Under the pieces are notes generated by a model. It was not told the DNA's origin, did no database searches, and was given only the letters and a program-made list of their open reading frames with translations. From positions 248,001-312,000 of IMG/VR virus record IMGVR_UViG_3300023184_000025: 64,000 bases of DNA; one strand, given 5' to 3'. Numbering within the stretch: position 1 is the stretch's first letter; each line of letters begins with the position of its first letter. This document shows positions 29,835 through 39,270 of this stretch, piece by piece. The position numbers were made by a program, and so were the translations under genes.

Positions 29835-30513
29835 CCGCTACCGCCTTTTTTGTTCTAGTGCGTTTGGTGGTAGTTTTAGTTTGTGGTACTCCTGACATTT
29901 GTGCGGCTTCTGACTTTAATCTGGCACTCTCAGCCAATAAGCCTTGTGCTTCTCTTTCCATGCGATCTGCTTGAGCCAATCGATCCTGGGCAAGCTGTAC
30001 ATCGTCTAGTGCCAGTGCGGCATCAGATCCTGCAACATTTGATCCTCGTTGTAGATTTGATCCTGAACCAACTTCGCGACCAAAGTCGTCTCGACGATTT
30101 ACTTTTCCGGTCATTCCACGATTTTTGTCAAGGTCAGCCATTTCACGAATAGCACTTTCTCCCAACCTCATCTTACGAATGATGCCATTCATTTCTTCAA
30201 GATTGACATGGCTAGATGCACTAGCAGTAACAGTGACCTGTTTTGCCTGCACCTTTTTAATCATGCCTTCTGCATGTAAAGTTTGTAGCATGGGACGACC
30301 ATCAGAAAACAATGTACGGAATAATGCATCCCCGAGATTTTCTGCTGACTGACCCTCCGGTGACTCTAATGTACGCATGATAGAATCATGTAAATGTACT
30401 GCCAGGGTGTCTGGGTAGACAACCAACGCCATGTGCTCTTCACCGGGCACTTCTCTAAAAACAATAGCAACCTTGCGATCACCGTGTTTACCAATATGTT
30501 TAATCATATTCAT
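29821..30513 (-). CDS. Hypothetical phage protein with C-terminal coiled coil and basic tail
   Basis: ORF with RBS; heptad pattern. Confidence 0.7.
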   Translation of the reverse strand: MNMIKHIGKHGDRKVAIVFREVPGEEHMALVVYPDTLAVHLHDSIMRTLESPEGQSAENLGDALFRTLFSDGRPMLQTLHAEGMIKKVQAKQVTVTASASSHVNLEEMNGIIRKMRLGESAIREMADLDKNRGMTGKVNRRDDFGREVGSGSNLQRGSNVAGSDAALALDDVQLAQDRLAQADRMEREAQGLLAESARLKSEAAQMSGVPQTKTTTKRTRTKKAVADATR

Positions 30514-30716
30514 TCTCCTTTGTTGTTTTCTTCTTCGGCAATTGATGCCTCTGCACGTGATATAACTGAGTTTACAAAAATAGCAAGTTTGTCATATACG
30601 TCACCAATTGATTTCATCTCGTCGGCTCTAAAAGCGCCGCGACTACAAGCCAAATCTATGATGTTCTTAATCACAATAAGATCTGTGATTTTAATTTGAT
30701 TGTCGGTATCATCCAT
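30510..30716 (-). CDS. Hypothetical phage protein (IIDLACSRGAF motif)
   Basis: Coupled ORF. Confidence 0.65.
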   Translation of the reverse strand: MDDTDNQIKITDLIVIKNIIDLACSRGAFRADEMKSIGDVYDKLAIFVNSVISRAEASIAEEENNKGE

Positions 30717-30733
30717 ACTGATATTTACTGAAT

Positions 30734-30767
30734 AAAAAACCCGGAAGAATAAAATCCTCCGGGTTTA
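30734..30767 (-). terminator. Intrinsic terminator after vWA gene
   Basis: aaacccgga..tccgggttt stem with U-tract on - strand. Confidence 0.75.
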
Positions 30768-30785
30768 TTACGAGTTTTGGACAAA

Positions 30786-32078
30786 TTAGTCTTGGTCGCC
30801 TTCGCCGTACAATGCCCAAACACCAAATGGTGGATCAGGATTACGGTCACCGTGTATGATCCACAGCGTATCACAGTAGTTGGGATCACCCCAGCTACCA
30901 AACGGATAGCCGTCTGTGAATACCACAAGCTTTTTAGGCTCAATCTCGGCACCCTTGAGGTACTTGAAAATAGCATCAAAGTCTGTGCCACCGCCACCTT
31001 GGATGTCGTATTCAGTAATGTCTTCTAGATTATCGCTGTCATACTGCTGTGGATTGTATGTTTCTGTGTCAAATGTAAACACATGAATACGATACGAGTC
31101 AAACGATTCCATGATACCCTGTATCTCGCTCAGGAAGTCTTTGCATTGTTCAGGGCTAATTGAACCTGACGTGTCAATGGCCACAGCAATGTCAATGGCG
31201 TCATTGGTCTTCATTCCAGGCATCACAGCATCCATATCCCAACCTTTGCGGCTGGTACGCATCCAGGAGTAGTCACTTTTAATAGTGCTCTCTAATTGCA
31301 TACGAAGCATCTCACGCCAGTCCATCTGTGGCTCTGTTAATTCTTGAAGCATACGCTTGACACCTGCGGGTAAATTACCAGCATCGCAGGTTTGTGCGGC
31401 ACTTAAAACAGCAGACTTGATCTCGTCACGAATACGATCTTTTTCTTCTTGCGAAAGTTTTGGTCGTCCTTTGCCTTCTTTGTCGCCATCACCATCACTA
31501 TCACCACTGCCGTCACTCTCATCATCACCATCCATGTGCTCGTCGAGCATTTTGTCAATAAGCTGATCTATATTAAGTTTTTCTGCGTTTTCGTACAAGA
31601 TATCATAGATCTCTTCTGAGCTTTTACCTTCGTATTTTTGATCATACAAACATGGTACGCTGGTGATGAATTCACCTACTTTGTGTTTCTTTAAATCTGC
31701 GTTAACACAATAATCGTTTGCAATATTCCAAAGTTGATGGTCGCGGTTGCCTTTGCGACCAAAGTGATCGTAGACACAATGTAGTACTTCGTGTCCAAAC
31801 AAAAACTCAATTTCTTTGGGTTTAAGCAGTTTAATAAAACGGGTATTGTAATAGAAGTTGCGGCCATCTGTAGCGGCAGTACTGCACCATTCATCTGCGT
31901 TTACTAGTTTTAACCGAGTTGCTAGGTTGCCAAAGAAGCTGGTCCGGAGCAACATGCCAACTCTTGCAGTAACAAGTAATTCACGAACTTCTCTGTCCAA
32001 TTTAGGATCTGTTGGACCAATTAGATTTTTAAACTTTTTAGAAAGTTCTTTTTTGTTTTCGGTAGTTGCGGTACTCAT
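30786..32078 (-). CDS. Metallopeptidase-like (HExxH) + vWA domain protein, MoxR partner
   Basis: TAATDG, GHEVLH, DTSGS MIDAS, GGGTDF, FTDG. Confidence 0.88.
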   Translation of the reverse strand: MSTATTENKKELSKKFKNLIGPTDPKLDREVRELLVTARVGMLLRTSFFGNLATRLKLVNADEWCSTAATDGRNFYYNTRFIKLLKPKEIEFLFGHEVLHCVYDHFGRKGNRDHQLWNIANDYCVNADLKKHKVGEFITSVPCLYDQKYEGKSSEEIYDILYENAEKLNIDQLIDKMLDEHMDGDDESDGSGDSDGDGDKEGKGRPKLSQEEKDRIRDEIKSAVLSAAQTCDAGNLPAGVKRMLQELTEPQMDWREMLRMQLESTIKSDYSWMRTSRKGWDMDAVMPGMKTNDAIDIAVAIDTSGSISPEQCKDFLSEIQGIMESFDSYRIHVFTFDTETYNPQQYDSDNLEDITEYDIQGGGGTDFDAIFKYLKGAEIEPKKLVVFTDGYPFGSWGDPNYCDTLWIIHGDRNPDPPFGVWALYGEGDQD

Positions 32079-32104
32079 TTAGGCTCCTTGTTTAACTATA
32101 CTGT

Positions 32105-32133
32105 ATTATAGCAATTATTGATTTATTGGTCAA
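32105..32133 (-). promoter_or_regulatory. Sigma70-type promoter TTGACC-17-TATAAT
   Basis: Direct match, 17-bp spacer. Confidence 0.75.
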
Positions 32134-32143
32134 CTACAGATTG

Positions 32144-32515
32144 CTACTTGTCATTTGTATGTGCCAGTTGAAAATAGGCCAGTTCTTTGTCTGTGGCCAG
32201 GTAAATTCTGAGATCATTGTAGCAATTGGTCCAGGACCAATGTGGGTTGCATTCAGATGGTAGATCTTTGAAACCTGGTTTAATCCAACCACCCTTGGCT
32301 GCCATCATTGGTACTTTGGTTACTAACCAACTGTGAATCTCTTCATATTGCCTAACTTCGGCACTCCAGCCATAGGCCTTAGTTAGAAATTGCAATGCTT
32401 GATTGTAGGCCAGCGGCCCTTCTCCGTTGCTCATGCGTTGACTAAATCCAACGTAGTATTCAAACCAACTACGGTATCTATAGCGGCCGTCTAATTTGTA
32501 TGTATTGTATTTCAT
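32144..32515 (-). CDS. Hypothetical phage protein
   Basis: Coupled ORF; C-terminal family motif. Confidence 0.65.
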   Translation of the reverse strand: MKYNTYKLDGRYRYRSWFEYYVGFSQRMSNGEGPLAYNQALQFLTKAYGWSAEVRQYEEIHSWLVTKVPMMAAKGGWIKPGFKDLPSECNPHWSWTNCYNDLRIYLATDKELAYFQLAHTNDK

Positions 32516-32748
32516 CTTAGATATTTAAGGCCAAATAAAGTAGCATCGTATGGATCTTTAAAAATAAAATCCACAGTCCAGGTATTAATCAGAGCGTCTA
32601 GATCTAGTACAGGGCTTTGGTAGTACCAACGACTTTTATCTCTGCCAAAATCTTGATAGACTTTTCTCAAAAAAGTCTGGACTTGGTTATGACTGTACGG
32701 ATCAAAACTAATCCGTACAGTAGCATAAGAGGGAGTCCGTTCATGCAT
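32512..32748 (-). CDS. Hypothetical phage protein (FxFxD..A..F.LK family)
   Basis: C-terminal DFIFKDPYDATLFGLKY. Confidence 0.65.
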   Translation of the reverse strand: MHERTPSYATVRISFDPYSHNQVQTFLRKVYQDFGRDKSRWYYQSPVLDLDALINTWTVDFIFKDPYDATLFGLKYLR

Positions 32749-32791
32749 AGCCCTATGCCCTCATCCAAGAAGTTGAACGGACTCCAAACAC

Positions 32792-33892
32792 TTAGCCGTT
32801 AGCCTGCAAGATGTACTTGCCGTAACGTTGATGAAACTCGTCAAAGTTCTTGAGTTTGGTAGGCATGAACGGCAAGTTGTATGTGGTAAGCGCAATACGA
32901 GCACCCATAACAACTAACTCGGTTTCAAAGTTCTTCATCATGTAACCGATAAAGTTATCTGCCATCTCGTGGAACTTCTTGTCATCAACTTTGGCCTCAA
33001 CAGCATCTTTAAGTTCGTAGCACATTGACACTACCAACGAATACATGGCACTTACTTCTTTGACTTTTAGTTCTGTCTCTTTACCACGCAAGATATCTTC
33101 CGGCTTGGGCAGTTTACTAGCAATCTTACGATGAGCCATAAACTTAACAGCAAGTCCTTCACCGACAGAACCTGCAATTAAGTCTGTAAGTGTGGTGTCG
33201 TCTGTGTCCTCGTCTGCCAACAGTTCGCTAACAAAGGTCCACGAACGTGGTGTAGCAAAGGCACGGCTGGAGCTCTTGGCATCAAAGTCGTACAAGTCTT
33301 GTTTGGCAAATGTAATGTAGCCAACAACGTCTTTGTGAATCTGATTGCGAACAGCCCAGTCTTGCCAGCTTGAAAAGTCCACACGCATCTCCACGTGAAC
33401 AAAACGGTTCGCTAATGGAGTAGGCATACGATATGTAACACCTTTGTCGCTTTCACGATTACCTGCGGCAATCATTACAACATTGTCGGGCAATTTATAT
33501 TTGCCAATGCGACGATTCAAAACAAGTTGGTAAGCCGCGGCCTGTACAGCAGGAGCCGCTGAATTCATTTCATCCATGAACAAAACTACAACTGGATACT
33601 TACTGGCCAACTCTTCATCAGGCAAGTCGATGGGAGGTGCCCAATCCATCTTACCAAGTTCTTTGTTATAGAACGGAATACCTCGAATATCTGTAGGATC
33701 CATTTGACCCAAACGAAGGTCGATCATAAAGCCGCCGAGATCTTGGGTAATCTCTGCAACAACGTCGGACTTGCCAATGCCGGGGGGACCCCACAAGAAC
33801 AAGGGACGTTTTTTAGCAAAACATTTTTTAATTGCACGACGAGCACCTTCTGAGGTAACTGTACGGTGATCTGATGCTGATACTTTTGGCAT
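32792..33892 (-). CDS. MoxR-family AAA+ ATPase
   Basis: GPPGIGKS, FMDEMN, AAGN, PLANRF, TPRSW. Confidence 0.92.
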   Translation of the reverse strand: MPKVSASDHRTVTSEGARRAIKKCFAKKRPLFLWGPPGIGKSDVVAEITQDLGGFMIDLRLGQMDPTDIRGIPFYNKELGKMDWAPPIDLPDEELASKYPVVVLFMDEMNSAAPAVQAAAYQLVLNRRIGKYKLPDNVVMIAAGNRESDKGVTYRMPTPLANRFVHVEMRVDFSSWQDWAVRNQIHKDVVGYITFAKQDLYDFDAKSSSRAFATPRSWTFVSELLADEDTDDTTLTDLIAGSVGEGLAVKFMAHRKIASKLPKPEDILRGKETELKVKEVSAMYSLVVSMCYELKDAVEAKVDDKKFHEMADNFIGYMMKNFETELVVMGARIALTTYNLPFMPTKLKNFDEFHQRYGKYILQANG

Positions 33893-33928
33893 AGGGCTAT
33901 TTCTTTCTTAAGTTGTTACAATACTAAT

Positions 33929-33957
33929 ATTATACAAAAATCTGTTTTACTGGTCAA
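33929..33957 (-). promoter_or_regulatory. Sigma70-type promoter TTGACC-17-TATAAT
   Basis: Direct match. Confidence 0.75.
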
Positions 33958-34385
33958 CTGTTTTCTGCAAGTTCTTCTTCTTCATTGTCCCAGTCTGAGT
34001 CACTAGAGGTTTCAATTTCTATATGACCAAACTTGAGCAACCCGGCCTCTGCAGAAACTTCAAACGGGTATTCAAATTCAACGAATGCACCAAGTTCCTG
34101 CAAAAATTCTTCAGAGTATTCTTTGTCACGGATGTCTTCAACACGTATGCAACCAATACTGCCCGAATCCACCGAGTGGCTAGTTCTCATGTTGGAGCCG
34201 TAAGTACCGTCACCGTATGCAGTACCAAAGCTGGCAAAGCGCCGACCATCTTTGAGTGTAAACTCACCTTCTACACCGCGACCAAGTGCGCCAGGCGGAA
34301 AGAACAAACCAACACATTCTCCCCAGGCATCGTGCATGACATAGCACAGATCACCAACATAGTATTTTCCTGCGGGCATTGTCAT
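33954..34385 (-). CDS. Hypothetical phage protein (GDLCY / TAYGDG / VDSGSIG)
   Basis: ORF with RBS. Confidence 0.7.
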   Translation of the reverse strand: MTMPAGKYYVGDLCYVMHDAWGECVGLFFPPGALGRGVEGEFTLKDGRRFASFGTAYGDGTYGSNMRTSHSVDSGSIGCIRVEDIRDKEYSEEFLQELGAFVEFEYPFEVSAEAGLLKFGHIEIETSSDSDWDNEEEELAENS

Positions 34386-34394
34386 ACTAATTCC

Positions 34395-34562
34395 TTAAGA
34401 GTTAACAGTTTGATACGGGCTAAGATCTTCGTCACTGTCTGTGTCAGAAGCTTCATAAACCCAAGTAATCGGCACTTCCAAAATCCTTGCCACAGTCACA
34501 GGCAAATAGCCTTCTTCGAGCAAGTCGTTGATCTCAATTGATAAGTCTGCCATTCTGCTCAT
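34395..34562 (-). CDS. 55-aa protein MSRMADLSIEINDLLEEGYLPVTVARILEVPITWVYE.., HTH-like (not in ORF track)
   Basis: Hand translation; fills gap between neighbours. Confidence 0.65.
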   Translation of the reverse strand: MSRMADLSIEINDLLEEGYLPVTVARILEVPITWVYEASDTDSDEDLSPYQTVNS

Positions 34563-34565
34563 AGT

Positions 34566-34796
34566 TTAACCCCAGTCCTTTTTGTCACCATATTGTTCGT
34601 TCCAGTCGTAACCGGCATTGTATTCTGCAATTTCTTCATCTGACATAGCAGTGACCTTGTCACCGTTGTATGTTCCTTCGGGGAACCAGTGAGGATTACG
34701 GTCACGATGATAGTAAGAATCGGCACTACCACGATCGTACAAGGATCCGTGACGTTGACGATCAAACTGTGGTAGCATCTCAAGTGTAACTGTCAT
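34566..34796 (-). CDS. Hypothetical phage protein (HGSLYDRGSADSYY)
   Basis: ORF with AAGGAG RBS. Confidence 0.75.
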   Translation of the reverse strand: MTVTLEMLPQFDRQRHGSLYDRGSADSYYHRDRNPHWFPEGTYNGDKVTAMSDEEIAEYNAGYDWNEQYGDKKDWG

Positions 34797-34820
34797 TTTT
34801 TACTCCTTTACTATACCTAT

Positions 34821-34849
34821 ATTATAGTAGAATTGGAATTATTGGTCAA
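34821..34849 (-). promoter_or_regulatory. Sigma70-type promoter TTGACC-17-TATAAT
   Basis: Direct match. Confidence 0.75.
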
Positions 34850-35018
34850 GTGGTACAAACAACTTGGTGCCTTCGCCCATGACAACCTTGTATGCTTCTA
34901 TAGTGGACTGAGGCTGTGCCAAGGGATTTTTTTGGATAAATTGCAGGGTTTCCAAAAAGCCCATGCCCAAAAACTCTGACTCTTTTTTTATAACTTTGAT
35001 TGCTGTACGTATTTGCAT
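34839..35018 (-). CDS. 59-aa hypothetical protein MQIRTAIKVIKKESEFLGMG.. (not in ORF track)
   Basis: Hand translation; AAGGAG RBS and own promoter. Confidence 0.7.
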   Translation of the reverse strand: MQIRTAIKVIKKESEFLGMGFLETLQFIQKNPLAQPQSTIEAYKVVMGEGTKLFVPLDQ

Positions 35019-35047
35019 ACTGGCTCCTTTTTGTTAAACTATGCTAT

Positions 35048-35076
35048 ATTATAGCAAATTGGGAAATACCGGTCAA
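35048..35076 (-). promoter_or_regulatory. Sigma70-type promoter TTGACC-17-TATAAT (extended -10 TG)
   Basis: Direct match. Confidence 0.78.
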
Positions 35077-35082
35077 CCAAAA

Positions 35083-35466
35083 TTAAACCCAGCTGTCCAC
35101 CATCAAGACGGGCTTCTTAAGCACTCGTTTTACAAAGTCCTCGGGCTCGTCATCTGCACGTACCAGCACAAAGCCCATGCTCTCTACCAAGTCCACCTCG
35201 CATACTTGCAGGTCCACTGCGGCGGCCTCAAAGGCAATGTTCATCTTGGTCAGGGCATACTTGACGCCTGCTTGGAATGCCTCGTACTCGTTTGCACCCG
35301 TTTCATCAAAGTCAAACTCTGTTTCCATAATGTGCGCAAACTCTTGTCCATCTGCCACAATGAACTTGTTTATCTTCTTCCAGTTGCTCTGCTTCTCACT
35401 GTCAAAGTGGTCACAGCATTCGTTAATGTCAAAACTAGCAAAGTTGTCATAGTTTACTGTAGTCAT
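35083..35466 (-). CDS. Hypothetical acidic phage protein
   Basis: ORF with RBS and promoter. Confidence 0.7.
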   Translation of the reverse strand: MTTVNYDNFASFDINECCDHFDSEKQSNWKKINKFIVADGQEFAHIMETEFDFDETGANEYEAFQAGVKYALTKMNIAFEAAAVDLQVCEVDLVESMGFVLVRADDEPEDFVKRVLKKPVLMVDSWV

Positions 35467-35497
35467 TTCTCGCTCCCTTTTGTGTTAACATGTGTAT

Positions 35498-35602
35498 ATT
35501 ATAGCAAATAGGCAAATTCTGGTCAACCACAAGAATTGTGGTATTTTTGCAACAAAAAACCCTACAAAATGTAGGGTTTTTATGTGTTGTTTTAACGCAA
35601 CA
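35498..35602 (-). promoter_or_regulatory. Sigma70 promoter plus two TGT(T/G)G-N8-CAACA palindromes flanking a hairpin/terminator
   Basis: TTGACC-17-TATAAT 35498-35526; palindromes 35537-35554 and 35585-35602; aaaaaccctaca..tgtagggttttt. Confidence 0.7.
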
Positions 35603-35613
35603 GTTGGTCAGAT

Positions 35614-36783
35614 CTATGCCATTAAATGATCATTTTTTTGTAGATAAAAATGACCGTTTAGCATGCCCACAAATCCATCAAACTTGTTGTCAAAAGTATA
35701 TTTTAAATATTTTTTATCAATATTTTTTTCAATATGTTCTATACCTTTGAACCAACATTGATATTCTTTGGTATTTTTGAACCCTTGGAAAAACCAGTCG
35801 TCCCACTCGCACCAAATTGGGCTGGATGATTTTTGAACTTGAAATGTGTCTAATTTCCAATTTGGATAGATTATACCGCGAGAAATCACTTCATAAGCTT
35901 GCCGACTTGCAAAACCAGGAGTGGGCCAGGTCAATATAGATTTTAACATTGGATTTTGCTCAAACCATGACATGATCATGTGCGATTGTTTAATTATAAT
36001 TTCAGGCAGGTCTGGACTCCAGTAAAATAATACCAACTCTGCATTATCATAGTCTTGATTATTGAGTCCACCTTGGCAATTGTTAACCAGAGTATCTAGA
36101 AAATAAACAGCATATTTGTTGTCCTTGATACACACCCGAGGTTTATCGATACCCACAACAATTGCAGTTTTTAATCCTCGGTCCAGGTTTACCAGTTGCC
36201 CTTTTTCGCGAGTGTTTGAATAACGAGTTACAAAGTGAGGATTAAGATGTTCTCTAGTTGTTTTTAACCACTCTTCTCCGTCGTAGTTTTGAAAACTATC
36301 AACAGTTGCCTGCGACACATCGTAATAGGTTATTTTTGTATTGGGACTGCGAGATCGTATTTGGTCTAGTCCCATACGAGTTGTTAACTCAAATTCTGCT
36401 TCGATGTTTCTTGCATCAGTCACACCACGATTGGCAATAACAGTAGGAGTGTGTGACCGATTCCAGATGGTTACAATTTCATCAATATGACATCCAGCAT
36501 CAAAAAAAGCATCAACTAGAGTTTGGCTGTCACTTCCACCGCTATAATTTACTATAACATAGTCGTATTTTTCTCGTATCTGACGGGCTCGAATCTTATA
36601 CAGGTCCAGTATACTAATCTCTGGTTCGTGTGTCCAATTAGCGGTATTCCAGACATTATCACAAAACTGCCACTGTGGGTAGTTTTTTGTTTTGGTCCCA
36701 GCAATACATGCATCTATTTTGCTTCTGTATTGCTGGGCACCAACTGTATAAAACCCAAGTTTGGGATTGATACCATTGATCAT
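35614..36783 (-). CDS. PP-loop (N-type ATP pyrophosphatase-like) protein
   Basis: RARQIREKYDYVIVNYSGGSDS. Confidence 0.65.
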   Translation of the reverse strand: MINGINPKLGFYTVGAQQYRSKIDACIAGTKTKNYPQWQFCDNVWNTANWTHEPEISILDLYKIRARQIREKYDYVIVNYSGGSDSQTLVDAFFDAGCHIDEIVTIWNRSHTPTVIANRGVTDARNIEAEFELTTRMGLDQIRSRSPNTKITYYDVSQATVDSFQNYDGEEWLKTTREHLNPHFVTRYSNTREKGQLVNLDRGLKTAIVVGIDKPRVCIKDNKYAVYFLDTLVNNCQGGLNNQDYDNAELVLFYWSPDLPEIIIKQSHMIMSWFEQNPMLKSILTWPTPGFASRQAYEVISRGIIYPNWKLDTFQVQKSSSPIWCEWDDWFFQGFKNTKEYQCWFKGIEHIEKNIDKKYLKYTFDNKFDGFVGMLNGHFYLQKNDHLMA

Positions 36784-37715
36784 TGGACTGTTAAATTAAG
36801 CTGTTTAGAAATAATTAAGAATTTTCTTTTCTCTTCTTTTAAGAACTCAGCTGGGGAAAAGTCTTTTGCAGGTGCCATGTATAAAGATTTCAATTCACGT
36901 TGAACTTCTGCAGAACTGGCCACGGTCCTGATATATTGTAAAATTTCAGGATCAGCTCCTCGATTGGCTATCAACACTGACCATCTGTAGTATTGATGAT
37001 CGTTAATTTTGAGTTCTTGAAGAGTGGGAACATTTTTAAAAGCGTCTACTCTGGTAGGACTACCCACAGCCACAGGCACTAGTTTGCCAGAACTGATGTA
37101 CTGGTCAAGCAACATTGCGGATTCGTTAAGATAAGTCAATTGGCCTCCCAACAAATCTGCTATAGCAGGACCTTTGTAAGGCACATGAACAAAATTGCTT
37201 TTGTCGCCGGCAACCAGGGCTGATATAGTATGTCCAGCACCGCCAACGCCTGAGCTTCCGTAGTTTACCTCTCTAGTTTTGGTATAGGTCACAAAGTCCT
37301 GCCAATTCTTTATTCCAGTTTGAGAATTAACCACCACCACTGAGGGCTCTGTTCCTAGATGAGCTACAGTAACAAAATCTGTGCTTGGATCATAAGCGTT
37401 GGTGCTTGGATTTAAAATAGGCAAACTAACCAAAGAAGGTCCAGCAACCAACAGTACAGTTTCCCCAGGAGTTTTTAGTGCAGCCATATGGGCGTGAGCA
37501 ATTCCGCCACCTGCTCCCAGTTTGTATTCAACTTGAACTCGATATCGATTTTTGTCAATAGCTGACTCGATCACACGAGCAACACGGTCAGCACTTCCGC
37601 CAGCGGAGTACTGCACCATAATTTTGATTTCTTTGGGTGGCTGGTTAGCCATGCTGGACATCGAAAGTGTACCTAGCAATAAACCAAAACAAAATGATAA
37701 TGATTTTTTAAACAC
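36780..37715 (-). CDS. Bug/TctC tripartite tricarboxylate transporter substrate-binding protein
   Basis: Signal peptide, YSAGGSAD, KLGAGG, YGSSGVG, VHVPYKG, VPTLQE; GTG start at 37715 with AAGGA RBS. Confidence 0.9.
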   Translation of the reverse strand: MFKKSLSFCFGLLLGTLSMSSMANQPPKEIKIMVQYSAGGSADRVARVIESAIDKNRYRVQVEYKLGAGGGIAHAHMAALKTPGETVLLVAGPSLVSLPILNPSTNAYDPSTDFVTVAHLGTEPSVVVVNSQTGIKNWQDFVTYTKTREVNYGSSGVGGAGHTISALVAGDKSNFVHVPYKGPAIADLLGGQLTYLNESAMLLDQYISSGKLVPVAVGSPTRVDAFKNVPTLQELKINDHQYYRWSVLIANRGADPEILQYIRTVASSAEVQRELKSLYMAPAKDFSPAEFLKEEKRKFLIISKQLNLTVQ

Positions 37716-37885
37716 GTAATATTTCCTTAAAAAGTTGAATTGTAATGCTTGTGGAAGAATTCCACTTACAGTAGGCGTTCTGTTATAGTATAACAGTAAA
37801 GACATCACTATGTCAAGTGTCAATTTGATCTGACGTCGGCCCTTGCCGGCGTTGCAAAATTATTTATAAATTGAAATAACTTGGT

Positions 37886-37917
37886 CAAAAAAAAGCCCAC
37901 CATTGGTGGGCTTTTTA
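37886..37917 (-). terminator. Intrinsic terminator
   Basis: aaaaagcccacc..ggtgggcttttt. Confidence 0.85.
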
Positions 37918-37924
37918 ATATATG

Positions 37925-38824
37925 TTAAGCTACAAACGGAGTGTATTCAATACCTGTTGTGGCCAAGCCAACTAGGCCAATAGTGGTTTCAAATGCTGGC
38001 AACTCACTAGCAATAACTAGCACATCTGCTTGACTTAACTTGTTGTTGGTCATCCAAGTTGTGTATTCTGTTACTTGTGCCAATGTAGCTGTGCTACCAA
38101 ATACGTTTTTATAAACTTGTTTAATAAATGTTTCATCACTAACACCGCCGGCGTCTGCTTTGTAAACATCAGTGGCCAACAATGCTGTGGCCAATTGTTT
38201 GTTTGTCCAGCCTGCGTCAGCAAGATAGATGCCAATGCCTTCATATGCTTTAGTAACATCTGCAACACCAAGTGCGGCTGCCAGCAATGCATATACATCG
38301 CCTGCGCGACCTGCGGCATCATAGGCAATGGCTTTGTTGGTGAACACCACACGCTCATGATCAGCAAGATTGAATTCCATGTTGCTAACTAATGCGCTTG
38401 CCAAAGTTACTTTGCTGGCAGTTTTAGTAATGGTATACTCTGTGCTAGCGCCACCCATTGTGTAAGTGTCAACGCCAGCGGTACCCGTAACATCAACAAC
38501 AATGTCAACAGTACCATCGCCAACACGACCCGTGCCCACCACACCAAATGTAGCGACTTTACCAGCAGTACCAACTGTGGCAACTGTGACAATCAAGTTG
38601 TTTGTACTTGTACCGCCCAACGCTGTGCCCGCAAGGGTGATTGTATCACCTGCCGCATAACCCGAGCCTGCACTGGCTACCAAGCTGTCAAGAACAACGG
38701 AGTATACCCCGTCAGTTTTGGTAACATCAAAAGCGGCGCCAGTGCCTGTACCTCCTGTTAACCCTGTAACATTTTGGTATGTGGCATTAACTGCTTTGTC
38801 TTTGATTGTGATTGTTGTTGTCAT
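37925..38824 (-). CDS. Thr/Gly/Ala-rich surface protein with DUF4214/S-layer-like C-terminus
   Basis: ERVVFTNKAIAYD..AGDVYAL..FIKQVYKNVFG..VGLATTGIEY. Confidence 0.6.
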   Translation of the reverse strand: MTTTITIKDKAVNATYQNVTGLTGGTGTGAAFDVTKTDGVYSVVLDSLVASAGSGYAAGDTITLAGTALGGTSTNNLIVTVATVGTAGKVATFGVVGTGRVGDGTVDIVVDVTGTAGVDTYTMGGASTEYTITKTASKVTLASALVSNMEFNLADHERVVFTNKAIAYDAAGRAGDVYALLAAALGVADVTKAYEGIGIYLADAGWTNKQLATALLATDVYKADAGGVSDETFIKQVYKNVFGSTATLAQVTEYTTWMTNNKLSQADVLVIASELPAFETTIGLVGLATTGIEYTPFVA

Positions 38825-38950
38825 TATTTTTCCTTATAAAATGAATATCAACTAGTATATAGCGTTTTTACTAAGAAGTCTAGAAAAGACCAACTGAACT
38901 TGTGCGTATGCGCACATGTTTGTCACGGAAAAATGATTTTTTGGCAAAAG

Positions 38951-39190
38951 TTATCCGTAAAAATGCTTGTATAACATACCGGCTGTGTAAATGGTCAGCA
39001 ATACAGCATTGGATGTGATCATTGATTTGTGTTTCATTCGTATGCTAACAGCCAACCACAGTCCAGTTTCCAAAAAACACATGATTGCACCCAGCGGATA
39101 AAAGTCCAAAGAAACGCAGACAGCACCAACAATTGAAATTGTGGTAGCAGTCCATTCAACTATTGCTTCTCTGTTCAGCTTCATACCCAA
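38951..39190 (-). CDS. Small 3-TM membrane protein
   Basis: Hydrophobic segments. Confidence 0.65.
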   Translation of the reverse strand: MGMKLNREAIVEWTATTISIVGAVCVSLDFYPLGAIMCFLETGLWLAVSIRMKHKSMITSNAVLLTIYTAGMLYKHFYG

Positions 39191-39223
39191 CTAGTATAAC
39201 ACAGACAAGAATGCACAGTCAAG

Positions 39224-39252
39224 AAAAAGCCCACCAATTAGTGGGCTTGTTT
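39224..39252 (-). terminator. Intrinsic terminator
   Basis: aagcccac..gtgggctt with U-tract. Confidence 0.8.
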
Positions 39253-39270
39253 TATCTAATCTACTAGAAA

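Noticed and set aside
37780-37796. LexA/SOS box
   Set aside because: CTGT-N9-ACAG is one base longer than the canonical CTGT-N8-ACAG.
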